DNA from: an uncultured Bacilli bacterium | Lineage (GTDB): Bacteria; Bacillota_I; Bacilli_A; RF39; UBA660 | Reading direction: 5' to 3' | Length of the DNA: 64,000 nucleotides | NCBI GenBank assembly: GCA_947629815.1 | Contig: CANRFG010000003.1 | Coordinates: forward strand, 7,148 to 71,147 | Part shown: positions 20,722 through 30,868 of the stretch, in pieces | Position numbering within the stretch: position 1 is the first letter of the stretch | How the letters are laid out: the number at the start of each line of letters is the position of its first letter | Position numbers and translations under genes: made by a program | The notes under the pieces: generated by a model | Told to the model about the DNA's origin: nothing | What the model saw: the letters and a program-made list of their open reading frames with translations, nothing else | The model's database searches: none

Positions 20722-21609
20722 ATGAAAAATAAAATGTTTATTACATTAATTTGTACAATCCTATTACTTTCTGGTTGCGCAAAAAATGAAATAGAAAAAG
20801 TTAAAAAAGGTTATCTTAATGAATGTCAAGATTATACAATCGAAGAATTAGTAAATAATTACATGGAAAATCCAAAATGGGAGTCAGAAACAAGTGATAA
20901 AGGATACTATGTTTATAATGTAGAAAGCAAATCAAATAATGATGAATCAAGTAATATATTAATACAATTTGGTATTGATAAAGATAATATAATAGTAACA
21001 GATTTTGAAATAAATGAAATTAGCCAAGATAGTTTAACTTATTCATCATTAATTAAAGATATGTGTTCAGTAACAAATGAAAAATATAAAGAACAACAAT
21101 TATCTAATATGACAGATGCCCAAAGATTTAAACAAGAATATGAAGAACTAAACTCTTCAAGTGTAAATATGCAAATATCAGAACAAAATCCAATAAAATA
21201 CGCAACTATAAATGAAATATTTGATGTTTTAGAAAATAAAACAGGAATTGTATACTTTGGATTCCCAGGTTGTCCATGGTGTAGAAATATGTTGCCTGTA
21301 TTACTTGAATTCGCAAAAAACAATGATATAGATACAATATATTATCTTAATCCTAGAGAAGTAAGTGATGAAGAACATAGTAAATTAATAGATACTTTAA
21401 AAGACTATTTAGAAACTAATGCTAATGGAGATTTAACCTTATATGTACCAGATGTATATTTTGTTAAAGATGGAAAAATAATAGGACATCATTTAAGTAC
21501 AGTTTCAACTCAAACAGACCCTTATGTACCATTAACAGAAGAACAAAAAGAAGAACTTCTTAAAATATTTGATGATTTATTTGTCAAAATAGGTGATAAT
21601 AATGAGTAA
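20722..21609 (+). CDS. thioredoxin-fold lipoprotein (thiol-disulfide oxidoreductase-like)
   Basis: Lipobox LLLSGC. CxxC motif FGFPGCPWCRNMLPV. RBS GAGGTG precedes the ATG at 20722. Confidence 0.6.
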   Translation: MKNKMFITLICTILLLSGCAKNEIEKVKKGYLNECQDYTIEELVNNYMENPKWESETSDKGYYVYNVESKSNNDESSNILIQFGIDKDNIIVTDFEINEISQDSLTYSSLIKDMCSVTNEKYKEQQLSNMTDAQRFKQEYEELNSSSVNMQISEQNPIKYATINEIFDVLENKTGIVYFGFPGCPWCRNMLPVLLEFAKNNDIDTIYYLNPREVSDEEHSKLIDTLKDYLETNANGDLTLYVPDVYFVKDGKIIGHHLSTVSTQTDPYVPLTEEQKEELLKIFDDLFVKIGDNNE

Positions 21610-21883
21610 GAAAATCAAATTAGATGATTTACAATATGAATTAATCGAAAATTATAAAGATGGATTTGTTCTTAATGAATTAGAAAATAAATTTACAGAC
21701 TATTTTTATGACTATGACTATGTAGTAGGAGATTGGGCATATGGTAAATTAAGATTAAAAGGATTTTATGAAAGTAACAATACAAAATGTAGTGAAATAA
21801 ATAATATTTCAAATTTAAAAACTTATATAAAAGAAAACTGTGCATATGATTGCAAATACTTTGTAATAAAGAAGGTGATTTAA
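21602..21883 (+). CDS. YutD-like protein (DUF1027)
   Basis: The block YDYVVGDWAYGKLRLKGFY matches the conserved YutD block. Confidence 0.55.
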   Translation: MSKKIKLDDLQYELIENYKDGFVLNELENKFTDYFYDYDYVVGDWAYGKLRLKGFYESNNTKCSEINNISNLKTYIKENCAYDCKYFVIKKVI

Positions 21884-22132
21884 TTGATAAAAAAAGAAAA
21901 AAGCCCAATTGATGAACTTATTGATGAAATTAAAAATGATGAAATAGGAATTACAACATTAGAAGAACAATTTGTACAATTATGGATACAAGCAGGTATT
22001 CCATCCATAGAAGAATTAGGTATAGATATTGAAGAATTTTCAAATCCTAATAAAAATACATTAGAAAAATTAAGATTATATATAAAACAATTGGAAAATA
22101 AAAAAGATAAAACTAAACAAAAAACAATTTAA
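21884..22132 (+). CDS. hypothetical acidic protein
   Basis: 82-aa ORF with a TTG start. No motif. Confidence 0.3.
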   Translation: MIKKEKSPIDELIDEIKNDEIGITTLEEQFVQLWIQAGIPSIEELGIDIEEFSNPNKNTLEKLRLYIKQLENKKDKTKQKTI

Positions 22133-22253
22133 TTTTATCTTTTTTTTATATTATTTCACCTTGTAAAATAATATAAAATATAATATAATCAAATAAGTTA
22201 ATAAATAAATTTATAAAAATTAATATTTGTAATATAAATTTATATATTAAAGG

Positions 22254-23237
22254 GTGATTAAATTGGATTTTAAAATAGGTAATATTGATTTAAAAAATAA
22301 AGTTGTTCTCGCACCTATGGCAGACATATCTAATTATGCTTTCATGAAAATAGTTGAAGAAATGGGTGCTTCATTAGTTTATACAGAACTTATAAGTGCA
22401 GAAGCTATAATTAGAAACAATCAAAAAACACTTGATATGCTAAAAGGTATAGAAAAATTAAAAATACCTGTTGGAGTACAATTATTTGGCTCGAATCCAC
22501 AAGTTTTATCAGAAGCTGCTAAAATAGTAACAAAATTATATAAAAATGTATTTATAGATATAAATATGGGTTGCCCTGTTCCTAAAGTCGCACTAAAATC
22601 ACAAGCCGGTAGTGCCTTACTAAAAGATGTAAAAAAAATAGAACAAATAGTTTCATCAGTAGTAAAAAGCGTAAATGTACCTGTAACAGTTAAAATTAGA
22701 AGTGGTTGGGACGAAGAACATATAAATGCAAAAGAAGTTGCAGAAACGATAGAAAAAGCAGGAGCAAGTGCAGTAACAATTCACCCTAGAACAAGAAAAC
22801 AAGGATATAGTGGCCTTTCAGATTGGAATATAATAAAAGAAGTAAAAGAAAATGTTAAAATAACAGTAATTGGTAATGGAGATATAAAAACATGCTATGA
22901 CGCTAAAAAAATGTTAGAACAAACAAATTGTGATGCCATAATGATAGGGCGTGCATGTTTAGGTGATCCATGGTTAATAAAACAAACTGTTGATTATTTA
23001 GAAAAAGGAATTTTACCAACTAGTATAACAATAAAAGAAAAAATAGAAATGATAAAAAAACATATGAATTATTTACTAGAAATAAAAGATGAGAAAGTTG
23101 CTTTACTTGAAATGAGAGGACATGCTTGCTGGTATTTAAAAGGAATTCCTAATACATCTAAAATAAAACAACTTATAAATAAAGTAAAAACAAAAGAAGA
23201 ACTTATAAGTATTTTAAATGAATATGAGGAGGAATAA
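22254..23237 (+). CDS. dusB: tRNA-dihydrouridine synthase
   Basis: Reads LAPMADISNYAFMKIVEEMGA, with a TIM-barrel Dus signature, followed by a C-terminal helical domain. GTG start at 22254 or TTG at 22263. Confidence 0.85.
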   Translation: MIKLDFKIGNIDLKNKVVLAPMADISNYAFMKIVEEMGASLVYTELISAEAIIRNNQKTLDMLKGIEKLKIPVGVQLFGSNPQVLSEAAKIVTKLYKNVFIDINMGCPVPKVALKSQAGSALLKDVKKIEQIVSSVVKSVNVPVTVKIRSGWDEEHINAKEVAETIEKAGASAVTIHPRTRKQGYSGLSDWNIIKEVKENVKITVIGNGDIKTCYDAKKMLEQTNCDAIMIGRACLGDPWLIKQTVDYLEKGILPTSITIKEKIEMIKKHMNYLLEIKDEKVALLEMRGHACWYLKGIPNTSKIKQLINKVKTKEELISILNEYEEE

Positions 23238-23239
23238 AT

Positions 23240-23851
23240 ATGAATGCTAGTTTTTTAAAAAGAGGAGGAGCATATTTAATTGATATTGCGCTTGTAAGTA
23301 TAATAATGAGTTTTATAAGTATTGTATTTACAACACAAAATGCAAATAGACTTACAGAACAATTTTTATCTTTAAATGAAAGCACAATTACAAATAATGA
23401 AGATATTATGACTTATTATAATAGAGTAGCAGATTTGACACTTTCATTAGACAAAGAAAACTTTATGATAAATATAATAAATTGTGTTATAATTATTTTG
23501 TACTTTGTAGTTTTACCACTTTATCAAAAAGGACAAACATTAGGTAAAAAAATATTTAAAATTCGTATTGTAAGAGATGATAAAGAATATTTAGGCGCAA
23601 ACGACTTGATAGTAAGAAATATTATAGTAAATGGTTTACTTAATACATTACTTTCATTTTGTTTAGTATTTTTATTATCAGGATTTGAGTACTTTACAAT
23701 AGTTTCAATATTGGCTTTCGCGCAAATAACACTAATAATTATAAGTATCTTTATGATTATAATAAGAAAAGATAAAAGAGGTTTACAAGATATAATAACA
23801 AAAACACATGTTATAGATGAACAAATGGAGGTAGAATATGAGAGAGTTTAG
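23240..23851 (+). CDS. RDD-family membrane protein
   Basis: N-terminus KRGGAYLIDIALVSII with the RDD topology. Confidence 0.65.
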   Translation: MNASFLKRGGAYLIDIALVSIIMSFISIVFTTQNANRLTEQFLSLNESTITNNEDIMTYYNRVADLTLSLDKENFMINIINCVIIILYFVVLPLYQKGQTLGKKIFKIRIVRDDKEYLGANDLIVRNIIVNGLLNTLLSFCLVFLLSGFEYFTIVSILAFAQITLIIISIFMIIIRKDKRGLQDIITKTHVIDEQMEVEYERV

Positions 23852-25310
23852 TGAACAAGAATTAGTTAGAAGACAAAAAGTAGAAGAAATTAGAAATTTT
23901 TGTAATCCATATCCAGAAAGATATGAGGTAAATGCAAGTTTAAAAGAAGCATCACAATTAGAAGATGGAACAAAAGATGTATCTGTTGCTGGAAGAATTG
24001 TTTTTATGCGTAAAATGGGTAAATTAAGTTTCTTAAAAATAAGAGATATAGAATCAGACTTACAAATATCAATAAAAATTGATTTAGTTGGAGAAGAAAA
24101 ATACGAATTTTTTAAATCTAATATAGATGTAGGAGATTTTATAGGAGCAAAAGGAGAAATGTTTACAACACATACTGGAGAAAAAACATTAAGAGCAGAT
24201 TCTTTTGAGTTTTTAGGTAAAGCCTTAAAACCACTTCCAGAAAAATTTCATGGATTACAAGACCCAGAACTTTGTTATAGAAATCGTTATGTAGACATGA
24301 TAATGAATGAAGAAACAAGAAACAGATTTTTAATTAGATTTAAATTTATAAGAGAATTAAGAAATTACTTAGATAATTTAGGTTATTATGAAATAGAAAC
24401 ACCTATATTAAATAATAAACCAAGTGGAGCAGTTGCTCGTCCATTTATTTCACATCATAATGCACTTGATTTAGACGTTTATTTAAGAATTGCTCCTGAA
24501 ACTTATATGAAAAGAGCAGTTATTGCAGGAATTCCAAAAGTATATGAAATTGCTCGTTGCTTTAGAAACGAAGGAATGGATGCAGCACATTTACAAGATT
24601 TTACTATGATAGAATGTTATCAAGCATATTATAATTATAAAGATAACATGAAATTAATTCAAAATATGTTACAAACAATAATTAAAAACATTTTTGGTAC
24701 ATTAGTTATTAAAATAGGTGATAAAGAAATAGATATAAGTGGAGAATGGAAAAAAGTATCATTTAGAGAACTAATTATAAAATATGCAAATATAGATATA
24801 AACGAATATAATACTAAAGAAAAATTATTAGAAAAAATAAAACAAGAAAAAATAGAATTAGAAAGTGAAACACCAATAGAAAATTTAGGATATGGTAATT
24901 TAGTTGATTACCTTTATAAAAAAGTTGCTCGTCCTCATATGATAGAACCTGTATATTTAACAGAACATCCATCATCACTTTCTCCTTTAGCTCGTACTAA
25001 TGATGAAAACAAAAATATTTCAGATAGATTTCAACTTGTTATAAATGGAGCAGAAATAGTAAATGGTTATTCAGAATTAGTTGACCCACAGGAACAAGAA
25101 AGAAAACTAATTGAACAAGCAAATTTAAAAGCACAAGGTGATGAAGAGGCAATGGATATGGATTATGATTATATAGGGGCTATGGAATATGGAATGCCAC
25201 CAATATCAGGTTGGGGTATGGGAATAGATAGAATAATTCAACTTTTAACTAATAGTGAAAATATAAAAGATGTTGTAATGTTCCCATTAATGAGACCAGA
25301 AAAGGATTAA
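23838..25310 (+). CDS. lysS: lysine--tRNA ligase (class II)
   Basis: N-terminal OB anticodon-binding region. Class II motifs FRNEG, MIECYQAY and GMGIDR. Confidence 0.95.
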   Translation: MREFSEQELVRRQKVEEIRNFCNPYPERYEVNASLKEASQLEDGTKDVSVAGRIVFMRKMGKLSFLKIRDIESDLQISIKIDLVGEEKYEFFKSNIDVGDFIGAKGEMFTTHTGEKTLRADSFEFLGKALKPLPEKFHGLQDPELCYRNRYVDMIMNEETRNRFLIRFKFIRELRNYLDNLGYYEIETPILNNKPSGAVARPFISHHNALDLDVYLRIAPETYMKRAVIAGIPKVYEIARCFRNEGMDAAHLQDFTMIECYQAYYNYKDNMKLIQNMLQTIIKNIFGTLVIKIGDKEIDISGEWKKVSFRELIIKYANIDINEYNTKEKLLEKIKQEKIELESETPIENLGYGNLVDYLYKKVARPHMIEPVYLTEHPSSLSPLARTNDENKNISDRFQLVINGAEIVNGYSELVDPQEQERKLIEQANLKAQGDEEAMDMDYDYIGAMEYGMPPISGWGMGIDRIIQLLTNSENIKDVVMFPLMRPEKD

Positions 25311-25313
25311 AAA

Positions 25314-25838
25314 TTGAAAATATATATAGTAAGACATGGAAAAACAGAGTGGAATGTTTTAGGAAAAATGCAAGGTTCAACTGATATACCATTAAATGAA
25401 ATTGGATTAAAACAAGCAGAAATGTTAAAAGAAAAACTAGAAGGTAAGTTTGATTTGTGTTTTTCAAGCCCACTTGAAAGAGCAGTTGTAACTGCTAAAA
25501 TAATATCAGGTAAAGACCCAATTATAGATGATAGATTAATAGAAAGAAAAATGGGACAATTTGAAGGAAAATCAAATATACTTTACGATAGTAAAAAATA
25601 TTGGGATTACAAAGCAAATCATGGTGATAATGGAGTAGAACCAGTACAAGATTTGTTTAAAAGAGTTAAAAGTTTTATAGAAGAATTAAAACAAAAATAT
25701 AGTGATAAAACAATATTAATTGTTTCACATGGTGCAACAGTAAGGGCACTTCACTTTGTTATTTCTTCTTATAGTGAAGATGAAGATTTCTTAAATTTTG
25801 ATGTTCCAAATTGTAAAGTTTTTGAGTATGATTTATAG
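25314..25838 (+). CDS. histidine phosphatase (phosphoglycerate mutase) family protein
   Basis: RHGKTEWN motif. TTG start with AAAGGA RBS. Confidence 0.75.
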   Translation: MKIYIVRHGKTEWNVLGKMQGSTDIPLNEIGLKQAEMLKEKLEGKFDLCFSSPLERAVVTAKIISGKDPIIDDRLIERKMGQFEGKSNILYDSKKYWDYKANHGDNGVEPVQDLFKRVKSFIEELKQKYSDKTILIVSHGATVRALHFVISSYSEDEDFLNFDVPNCKVFEYDL

Positions 25839-25852
25839 AAAGAAGGAAGAAT

Positions 25853-27031
25853 ATGAAAATATTATCAGTAAATACAGGTAGTTCATCATTAAAGTTTCAA
25901 CTTTATGAAATGCCAGAAGAAAAAGTTTTAATATCAGGGGTATTTGAAAGAATAGGAATAAAAGAAAGTTTTTATACAATAAAAATAAATGGAGAAAAGA
26001 TAAAAAAAGAAGTTGATTTAGAAAATCATAAAGAAGCATTTAAAATATTAGTAGATGAATTACTAAATAATAATATTGTAGATTCATTAGAAGAAATAAA
26101 AGGAATTGGAAATAGAGTAGTACAAGGTGGAAGTTATTTTGATTCATCAGTTGTTGTAGATGAAGAAGTTATTTCAAAAATAGACGAATTAAGTGCACTT
26201 GCTCCTTTACATAATCCTGCTGCAATAGTTGGAATAAGAGCAGAACAAGAAGTATTTCCAAAAGCTTTATTAACAGTAGTATTTGATACTGCTTTTCATC
26301 AAACAATGGAAGAAGAAACATATCTTTATGCTTTACCATATGATTGGTGTAGTAAGTATGGAATAAGAAAGTATGGGGCACATGGTACAAGTCATAAATA
26401 TGTATCATTAAGAGCAAATGAAATATTAGGAAGAAATGATACTAAATTAATAACTTGTCATATAGGAAATGGTGCAAGTATAAGTGCTGTTAAAAATGGA
26501 AAATGTATCAATACTTCTATGGGTTTAACGCCTAATGCTGGACTTATAATGGGAAGTCGTTGTGGTGATATAGATGCAACAATTGTTCCATATATAATGG
26601 ATAAAGCAGGTTTATCTACTAAAGAAATAGATAATATTATGAATAAACAAAGTGGCCTACTTGGAATAAGTGGTGTAAGTAGTGATTCTAGGGATATAGA
26701 ACAAGGTATTGAAGATGGAAATGAAAGATGTATTCTTGCTCATAAAATGTTTGTAAGAAGAATAATTGATTATATAGCTAAGTATTATGTTGAATTAGGT
26801 GGCTGTGATGCAATTATATTTACAGCTGGAATAGGAGAAAAATCTAAAGATACAAGAAAAGATATTATGAATGGATTAAGTGTACTTGGTGTTAAAGTAG
26901 ATGATGAAAATAATTCATTAAGGGGTAAAGAAGTAAGAGTAAGTTCTGAAGATTCTAAAATTCCTTGTTATGTAATTCCTACAGATGAAGAAGTTATGAT
27001 AGCAAGAGATACATATGATTTTATAAAGTAG
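25853..27031 (+). CDS. ackA: acetate kinase
   Basis: N-terminus ILSVNTGSSSLKFQLY, plus the blocks HNPA and KYGAHGTSH. Confidence 0.95.
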   Translation: MKILSVNTGSSSLKFQLYEMPEEKVLISGVFERIGIKESFYTIKINGEKIKKEVDLENHKEAFKILVDELLNNNIVDSLEEIKGIGNRVVQGGSYFDSSVVVDEEVISKIDELSALAPLHNPAAIVGIRAEQEVFPKALLTVVFDTAFHQTMEEETYLYALPYDWCSKYGIRKYGAHGTSHKYVSLRANEILGRNDTKLITCHIGNGASISAVKNGKCINTSMGLTPNAGLIMGSRCGDIDATIVPYIMDKAGLSTKEIDNIMNKQSGLLGISGVSSDSRDIEQGIEDGNERCILAHKMFVRRIIDYIAKYYVELGGCDAIIFTAGIGEKSKDTRKDIMNGLSVLGVKVDDENNSLRGKEVRVSSEDSKIPCYVIPTDEEVMIARDTYDFIK

Positions 27032-27043
27032 AAGGAATAAAAA

Positions 27044-28012
27044 ATGTCAAAAAGAATATATAAGGAAATATTAAAACAAATAAAAAAATATGAAACAATA
27101 GTAATTGCGAGGCATGTAGGAGCAGACCCTGATGCACTTGCTAGTCAAATAGCTCTAAGAGATATAATAATAAATAATTTTCCTTCAAAAAAGGTATATG
27201 CAGTAGGAATGCCTGCAAGTAGATTTAAATTTTTAGGAGCTCTTGATAAATTTACAGATGATATGTATGAAAATTCGTTATTAATTGTTACTGATACTCC
27301 AGATAAAAAAAGAGTAGATGGTGTGGATCCATCAAAGTTTTCTAAAAAAATTAAGATGGACCATCACCCTTTTGTTGAAAAATTTTGTGATATAGAGTAT
27401 ATAGATGATAAATCAAGTAGCGCTAGTCAAATAATAATTGATTTTGTATTTGATATGAAACTTAAAATAACTAAAGAAGCAGCAGAAAAGTTATATATTG
27501 GTATTGTTGCTGATACAAATAGATTTATGTTTTCATATACAACACCAAAAACATTTGACCTTATATCTAAATTAATTAAAAAAACAAATATTAATTTTAC
27601 ATCTTTATATGAAAATTTATATTTAAGAAATTTAAAAGAATTAAAATTTCAAAGTTATATTATAAATAATTTAGTTGTAACTGAAAATAAATTTGCTTAT
27701 ATAAAACTTACAGATGATATTTTAAAAAAATATGATGTTGATGCTGCAACAGCAGGAAATATGGTAAATAATTTTAATTATATAGAAGATTTTATAACTT
27801 GGGCAGTATTTACAGAAGATAAGACAAATGAATTTATAAGAGGTTCTATAAGGTCTAGGGGCCCTGTTGTAAATGAGGTTGCTGCATCCTTTGGTGGTGG
27901 AGGTCATAAGTTTGCAAGTGGAGTTAGAATGAATGATTTTGAAACTGTAGACGAACTTATAAAAGCACTTGATGATGAATGTATGAAATATATTTCAAAT
28001 ATGGAAATGTAA
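27044..28012 (+). CDS. DHH/DHHA1 phosphoesterase (NrnA-like)
   Basis: Motifs HVGADPDALAS, DHH and GGGGH. Confidence 0.8.
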   Translation: MSKRIYKEILKQIKKYETIVIARHVGADPDALASQIALRDIIINNFPSKKVYAVGMPASRFKFLGALDKFTDDMYENSLLIVTDTPDKKRVDGVDPSKFSKKIKMDHHPFVEKFCDIEYIDDKSSSASQIIIDFVFDMKLKITKEAAEKLYIGIVADTNRFMFSYTTPKTFDLISKLIKKTNINFTSLYENLYLRNLKELKFQSYIINNLVVTENKFAYIKLTDDILKKYDVDAATAGNMVNNFNYIEDFITWAVFTEDKTNEFIRGSIRSRGPVVNEVAASFGGGGHKFASGVRMNDFETVDELIKALDDECMKYISNMEM

Positions 28013-28087
28013 AAATGTGTTAAACACATTTTTTTTTGACAATAGAGTTAAAAATGTTATAATAAAATTGATAATGGAGGCTAGGTT

Positions 28088-30061
28088 ATGGAAAATAGTG
28101 GGATAGAGTTTTTAAATAAAATATATAAAGATTTACATTTAAAAGAAGAAGTAATGCATACAGCAAAACCAAGCGATGATAAAAATAAAAAAGTAGAAAG
28201 ATATATAGATAGAATAGAAAATGTTACAAAAAAAGCAGTAGATAAAAATAAATTAAGTTTATTAAAAAAATACTATTATGATAAATATGTAATAAAAAAG
28301 GAAAATGTACCGGATTCATATTTTAGATTAGAAGAAAGAATAGCCTTAGAAAGAGGATATGGTCATATAAAATATAATGAACAATTGAAGAACCAAGCAA
28401 TAGAAACAATAATAAAAGAGCAAGAAGATTCAATAGATAGATGGTTAGAATATTTTACAAGTGAAGAAACATCTTATTATCCAACATGGTTTAAATATTA
28501 TACATTTCAAGGAATGTTAAAATTAGGAGAATATGATAAAGAAAAAGGAGAATATACAAAAAGGACATCAAGTACAACAAAACCATTTATAGAAATAAAT
28601 AGAGAAGCAGTTGCAATGTTATATTCAGAGCTTATAAAATTATTTAAAAAAGAAGAAATACTAGATAAAGAATTAGAAAAATTATTAAATAATGGAAGTT
28701 TTACAAAAATATATTCATATATAACAAAGAAATTAGATGAAATAAATAAAGAAAAGTCAAACTCAGAAGAAGGAGTATGGAAAAAATATAATCAAGGAAG
28801 TGATCCAGAAATATTATTTAATGATGTACATGGAAAAGGAACAGGTTGGTGTACAGCAGGAGGAATAGAAACAGCAAGAACACATATAAATGGAGGAGAT
28901 TTCTATGTATATTATACAAAAGATAAAGAGGGAAAATTCACAATACCGAGAATAGCTATAAGGATGGAAAATAATAAAATAGGTGAAATAAGAGGGGTAG
29001 CAAAAGATCAAAATATAGAATCCAATATGGAAAAAGTAGTAAAAGAAAAACTAAATGAATTTCCAGATAAAGAAGAATATTTAAAAAAAGTAAAAGATAT
29101 GGAAATGCTTACATATGTATATACAAAATGGAAAAATAAAGTAGAATTAACAAAAGAAGATTTAAGATTTTTATATGAGATAGATGATATAATAATAGGA
29201 TTTGGCTATGAAGAAGACCCAAGAATAAAAGAGATAACAGATACTAGAAATATAAGAAAAGATTTAGCAAGTGCACTTGATTGTAAAGAAGAAGAAATAT
29301 CTCTTACAAAAGAAGAAGCATTAAGTGGAAATATAAAATATCATTATGGAGACTTAGATTTAGAAAATATAAGAAATGCTAAAGGATTAAAATTGCCAGA
29401 ACATGTAGGTGGAAATTTAAGGTTACATAATCTAACAAGTGCCGAAGGCTTGAATTTACCAGAACATGTAGGTGGAGGTTTATATTTAAACAGTTTAACA
29501 AGTGTGGAAGAATTGAATTTACCAAATCGTATAGACGGAAGTTTAAATTTAGAAAGATTGATAAGAGCCAAAGGTTTAAAATTACCAGAACATGTAGGTG
29601 GAGGTTTATATTTAAACAGTTTAACAAGTGTGGAAGAATTGAATTTACCAAATCGTATAGACGGAAGTTTAAATTTAGAAAGATTGATAAGAGCCAAAGG
29701 TTTAAAATTACCAGAATATGTAGGTGGATATTTAAATTTGAATAGTTTAACAAGTGCTGACGGCTTGAAGTTGCCAAACTATATAGGTGGATATTTAAAT
29801 TTGCATAGTTTAACAATTACCGAAGGTTTAAAATTACCAAGTCATGTAGGTGGAGATTTATATTTAGATAGTTTAACAAGTGCCGAAGGCTTGAATTTAC
29901 CAAGCCATATAGGTGGATATTTATATTTAGATAGTTTAACAAGTGCCAGAGGTTTAGAATTACCAGATAATTTTGATATAAATAAATTAGTATGTAGTGA
30001 TGAAGTAAAAATGCAATTAATAAGAAGAATGGAAAATAGCCAAAAATGTAAAATAATATAA
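28088..30061 (+). CDS. large repeat protein: unknown N-terminal domain plus about 13 C-terminal LRR-like repeats of roughly 20-21 aa (..L.L.SLTSAEGL.LP.HVGG..)
   Basis: Tandem repeats read in the translation. Contains a perfect 126-bp tandem DNA duplication at 29459-29710. Terminator at 30064-30090. Confidence 0.6.
   Translation: MENSGIEFLNKIYKDLHLKEEVMHTAKPSDDKNKKVERYIDRIENVTKKAVDKNKLSLLKKYYYDKYVIKKENVPDSYFRLEERIALERGYGHIKYNEQLKNQAIETIIKEQEDSIDRWLEYFTSEETSYYPTWFKYYTFQGMLKLGEYDKEKGEYTKRTSSTTKPFIEINREAVAMLYSELIKLFKKEEILDKELEKLLNNGSFTKIYSYITKKLDEINKEKSNSEEGVWKKYNQGSDPEILFNDVHGKGTGWCTAGGIETARTHINGGDFYVYYTKDKEGKFTIPRIAIRMENNKIGEIRGVAKDQNIESNMEKVVKEKLNEFPDKEEYLKKVKDMEMLTYVYTKWKNKVELTKEDLRFLYEIDDIIIGFGYEEDPRIKEITDTRNIRKDLASALDCKEEEISLTKEEALSGNIKYHYGDLDLENIRNAKGLKLPEHVGGNLRLHNLTSAEGLNLPEHVGGGLYLNSLTSVEELNLPNRIDGSLNLERLIRAKGLKLPEHVGGGLYLNSLTSVEELNLPNRIDGSLNLERLIRAKGLKLPEYVGGYLNLNSLTSADGLKLPNYIGGYLNLHSLTITEGLKLPSHVGGDLYLDSLTSAEGLNLPSHIGGYLYLDSLTSARGLELPDNFDINKLVCSDEVKMQLIRRMENSQKCKII
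29459..29710 (+). repeat. perfect 2 x 126-bp in-frame tandem duplication inside the repeat-protein gene
   Basis: 29459-29584 is identical to 29585-29710, both starting ccagaacatgtaggtggaggtttatattt. Confidence 0.85.
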
Positions 30062-30120
30062 AGAACACATAAAACATGTGTTTTTTCTTTTAATAAATTT
30101 TTAAATAGTGTATAATAGAG

Positions 30121-30867
30121 ATGGTGAAACTAATGATAAAGCAAATAATGAATACAGATGTTAATTATATAAATTATGGAAATAAAGAAGGAAAAACAGT
30201 TGTTTTATTACATGGTTGGGGACAAAATATAGAAATGATGAAACCAATTGGAGATGCTCTACAAAATAAATACAATGTAATAATAATTGATTTACCAGGA
30301 TTTGGAGAAAGTTTAGAACCTACTTATGTATGGCAAATAAAAGATTATGTCGAATGTGTACATGAATTATTAAATTACTTAAAAGTAAAAAAACCTATAA
30401 TGATAGGTCATTCATTTGGTGGGAAAATAACTTTACTTTATTCAAGTATGTATGAAACAGAAAAAATAGTATTATTTGGAAGCCCTTATACAAAAGAAGT
30501 ACAAAAATTGTCATTAAAAACAAAAGTACTTAAAGGATTAAAAAAAGTACCTGTAGTAAATAAATTAGAAGGATTTGCTAAAAAACACATAGGTTCAACT
30601 GATTATAGAAATGCATCAGAAATGATGAGAAAAATATTAGTAGAAACAGTTAATTTAGATATAACAGAAGATGTAAAAAAAATAAAAGTTCCAACACTTT
30701 TAATATGGGGAACATTAGATGAAGCAGTTCCTATTGATTTAGGAAGAAAATTAGAAAAATTAATTTCAGATTGTGCTTTAATAGAATATGAAGGTTGTAC
30801 TCATTATGCATACTTAGAAAGGTTAGAACAAACAATAAACATTTTAAATAGTTTTTTAGGAGGATAG
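30121..30867 (+). CDS. alpha/beta hydrolase
   Basis: Reads VVLLHGWGQN, then the nucleophile elbow GHSFGG. Confidence 0.7.
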   Translation: MVKLMIKQIMNTDVNYINYGNKEGKTVVLLHGWGQNIEMMKPIGDALQNKYNVIIIDLPGFGESLEPTYVWQIKDYVECVHELLNYLKVKKPIMIGHSFGGKITLLYSSMYETEKIVLFGSPYTKEVQKLSLKTKVLKGLKKVPVVNKLEGFAKKHIGSTDYRNASEMMRKILVETVNLDITEDVKKIKVPTLLIWGTLDEAVPIDLGRKLEKLISDCALIEYEGCTHYAYLERLEQTINILNSFLGG

Positions 30868-30868
30868 T

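Noticed and set aside
29344-29900. Possible CRISPR array suggested by regular direct repeats (also 50000-50900)
   Set aside because: The repeats are 60-126 bp in-frame coding repeats (LRR-like units) within long ORFs. They are not short repeats of 28-37 bp separated by unique spacers, and no cas genes are present.
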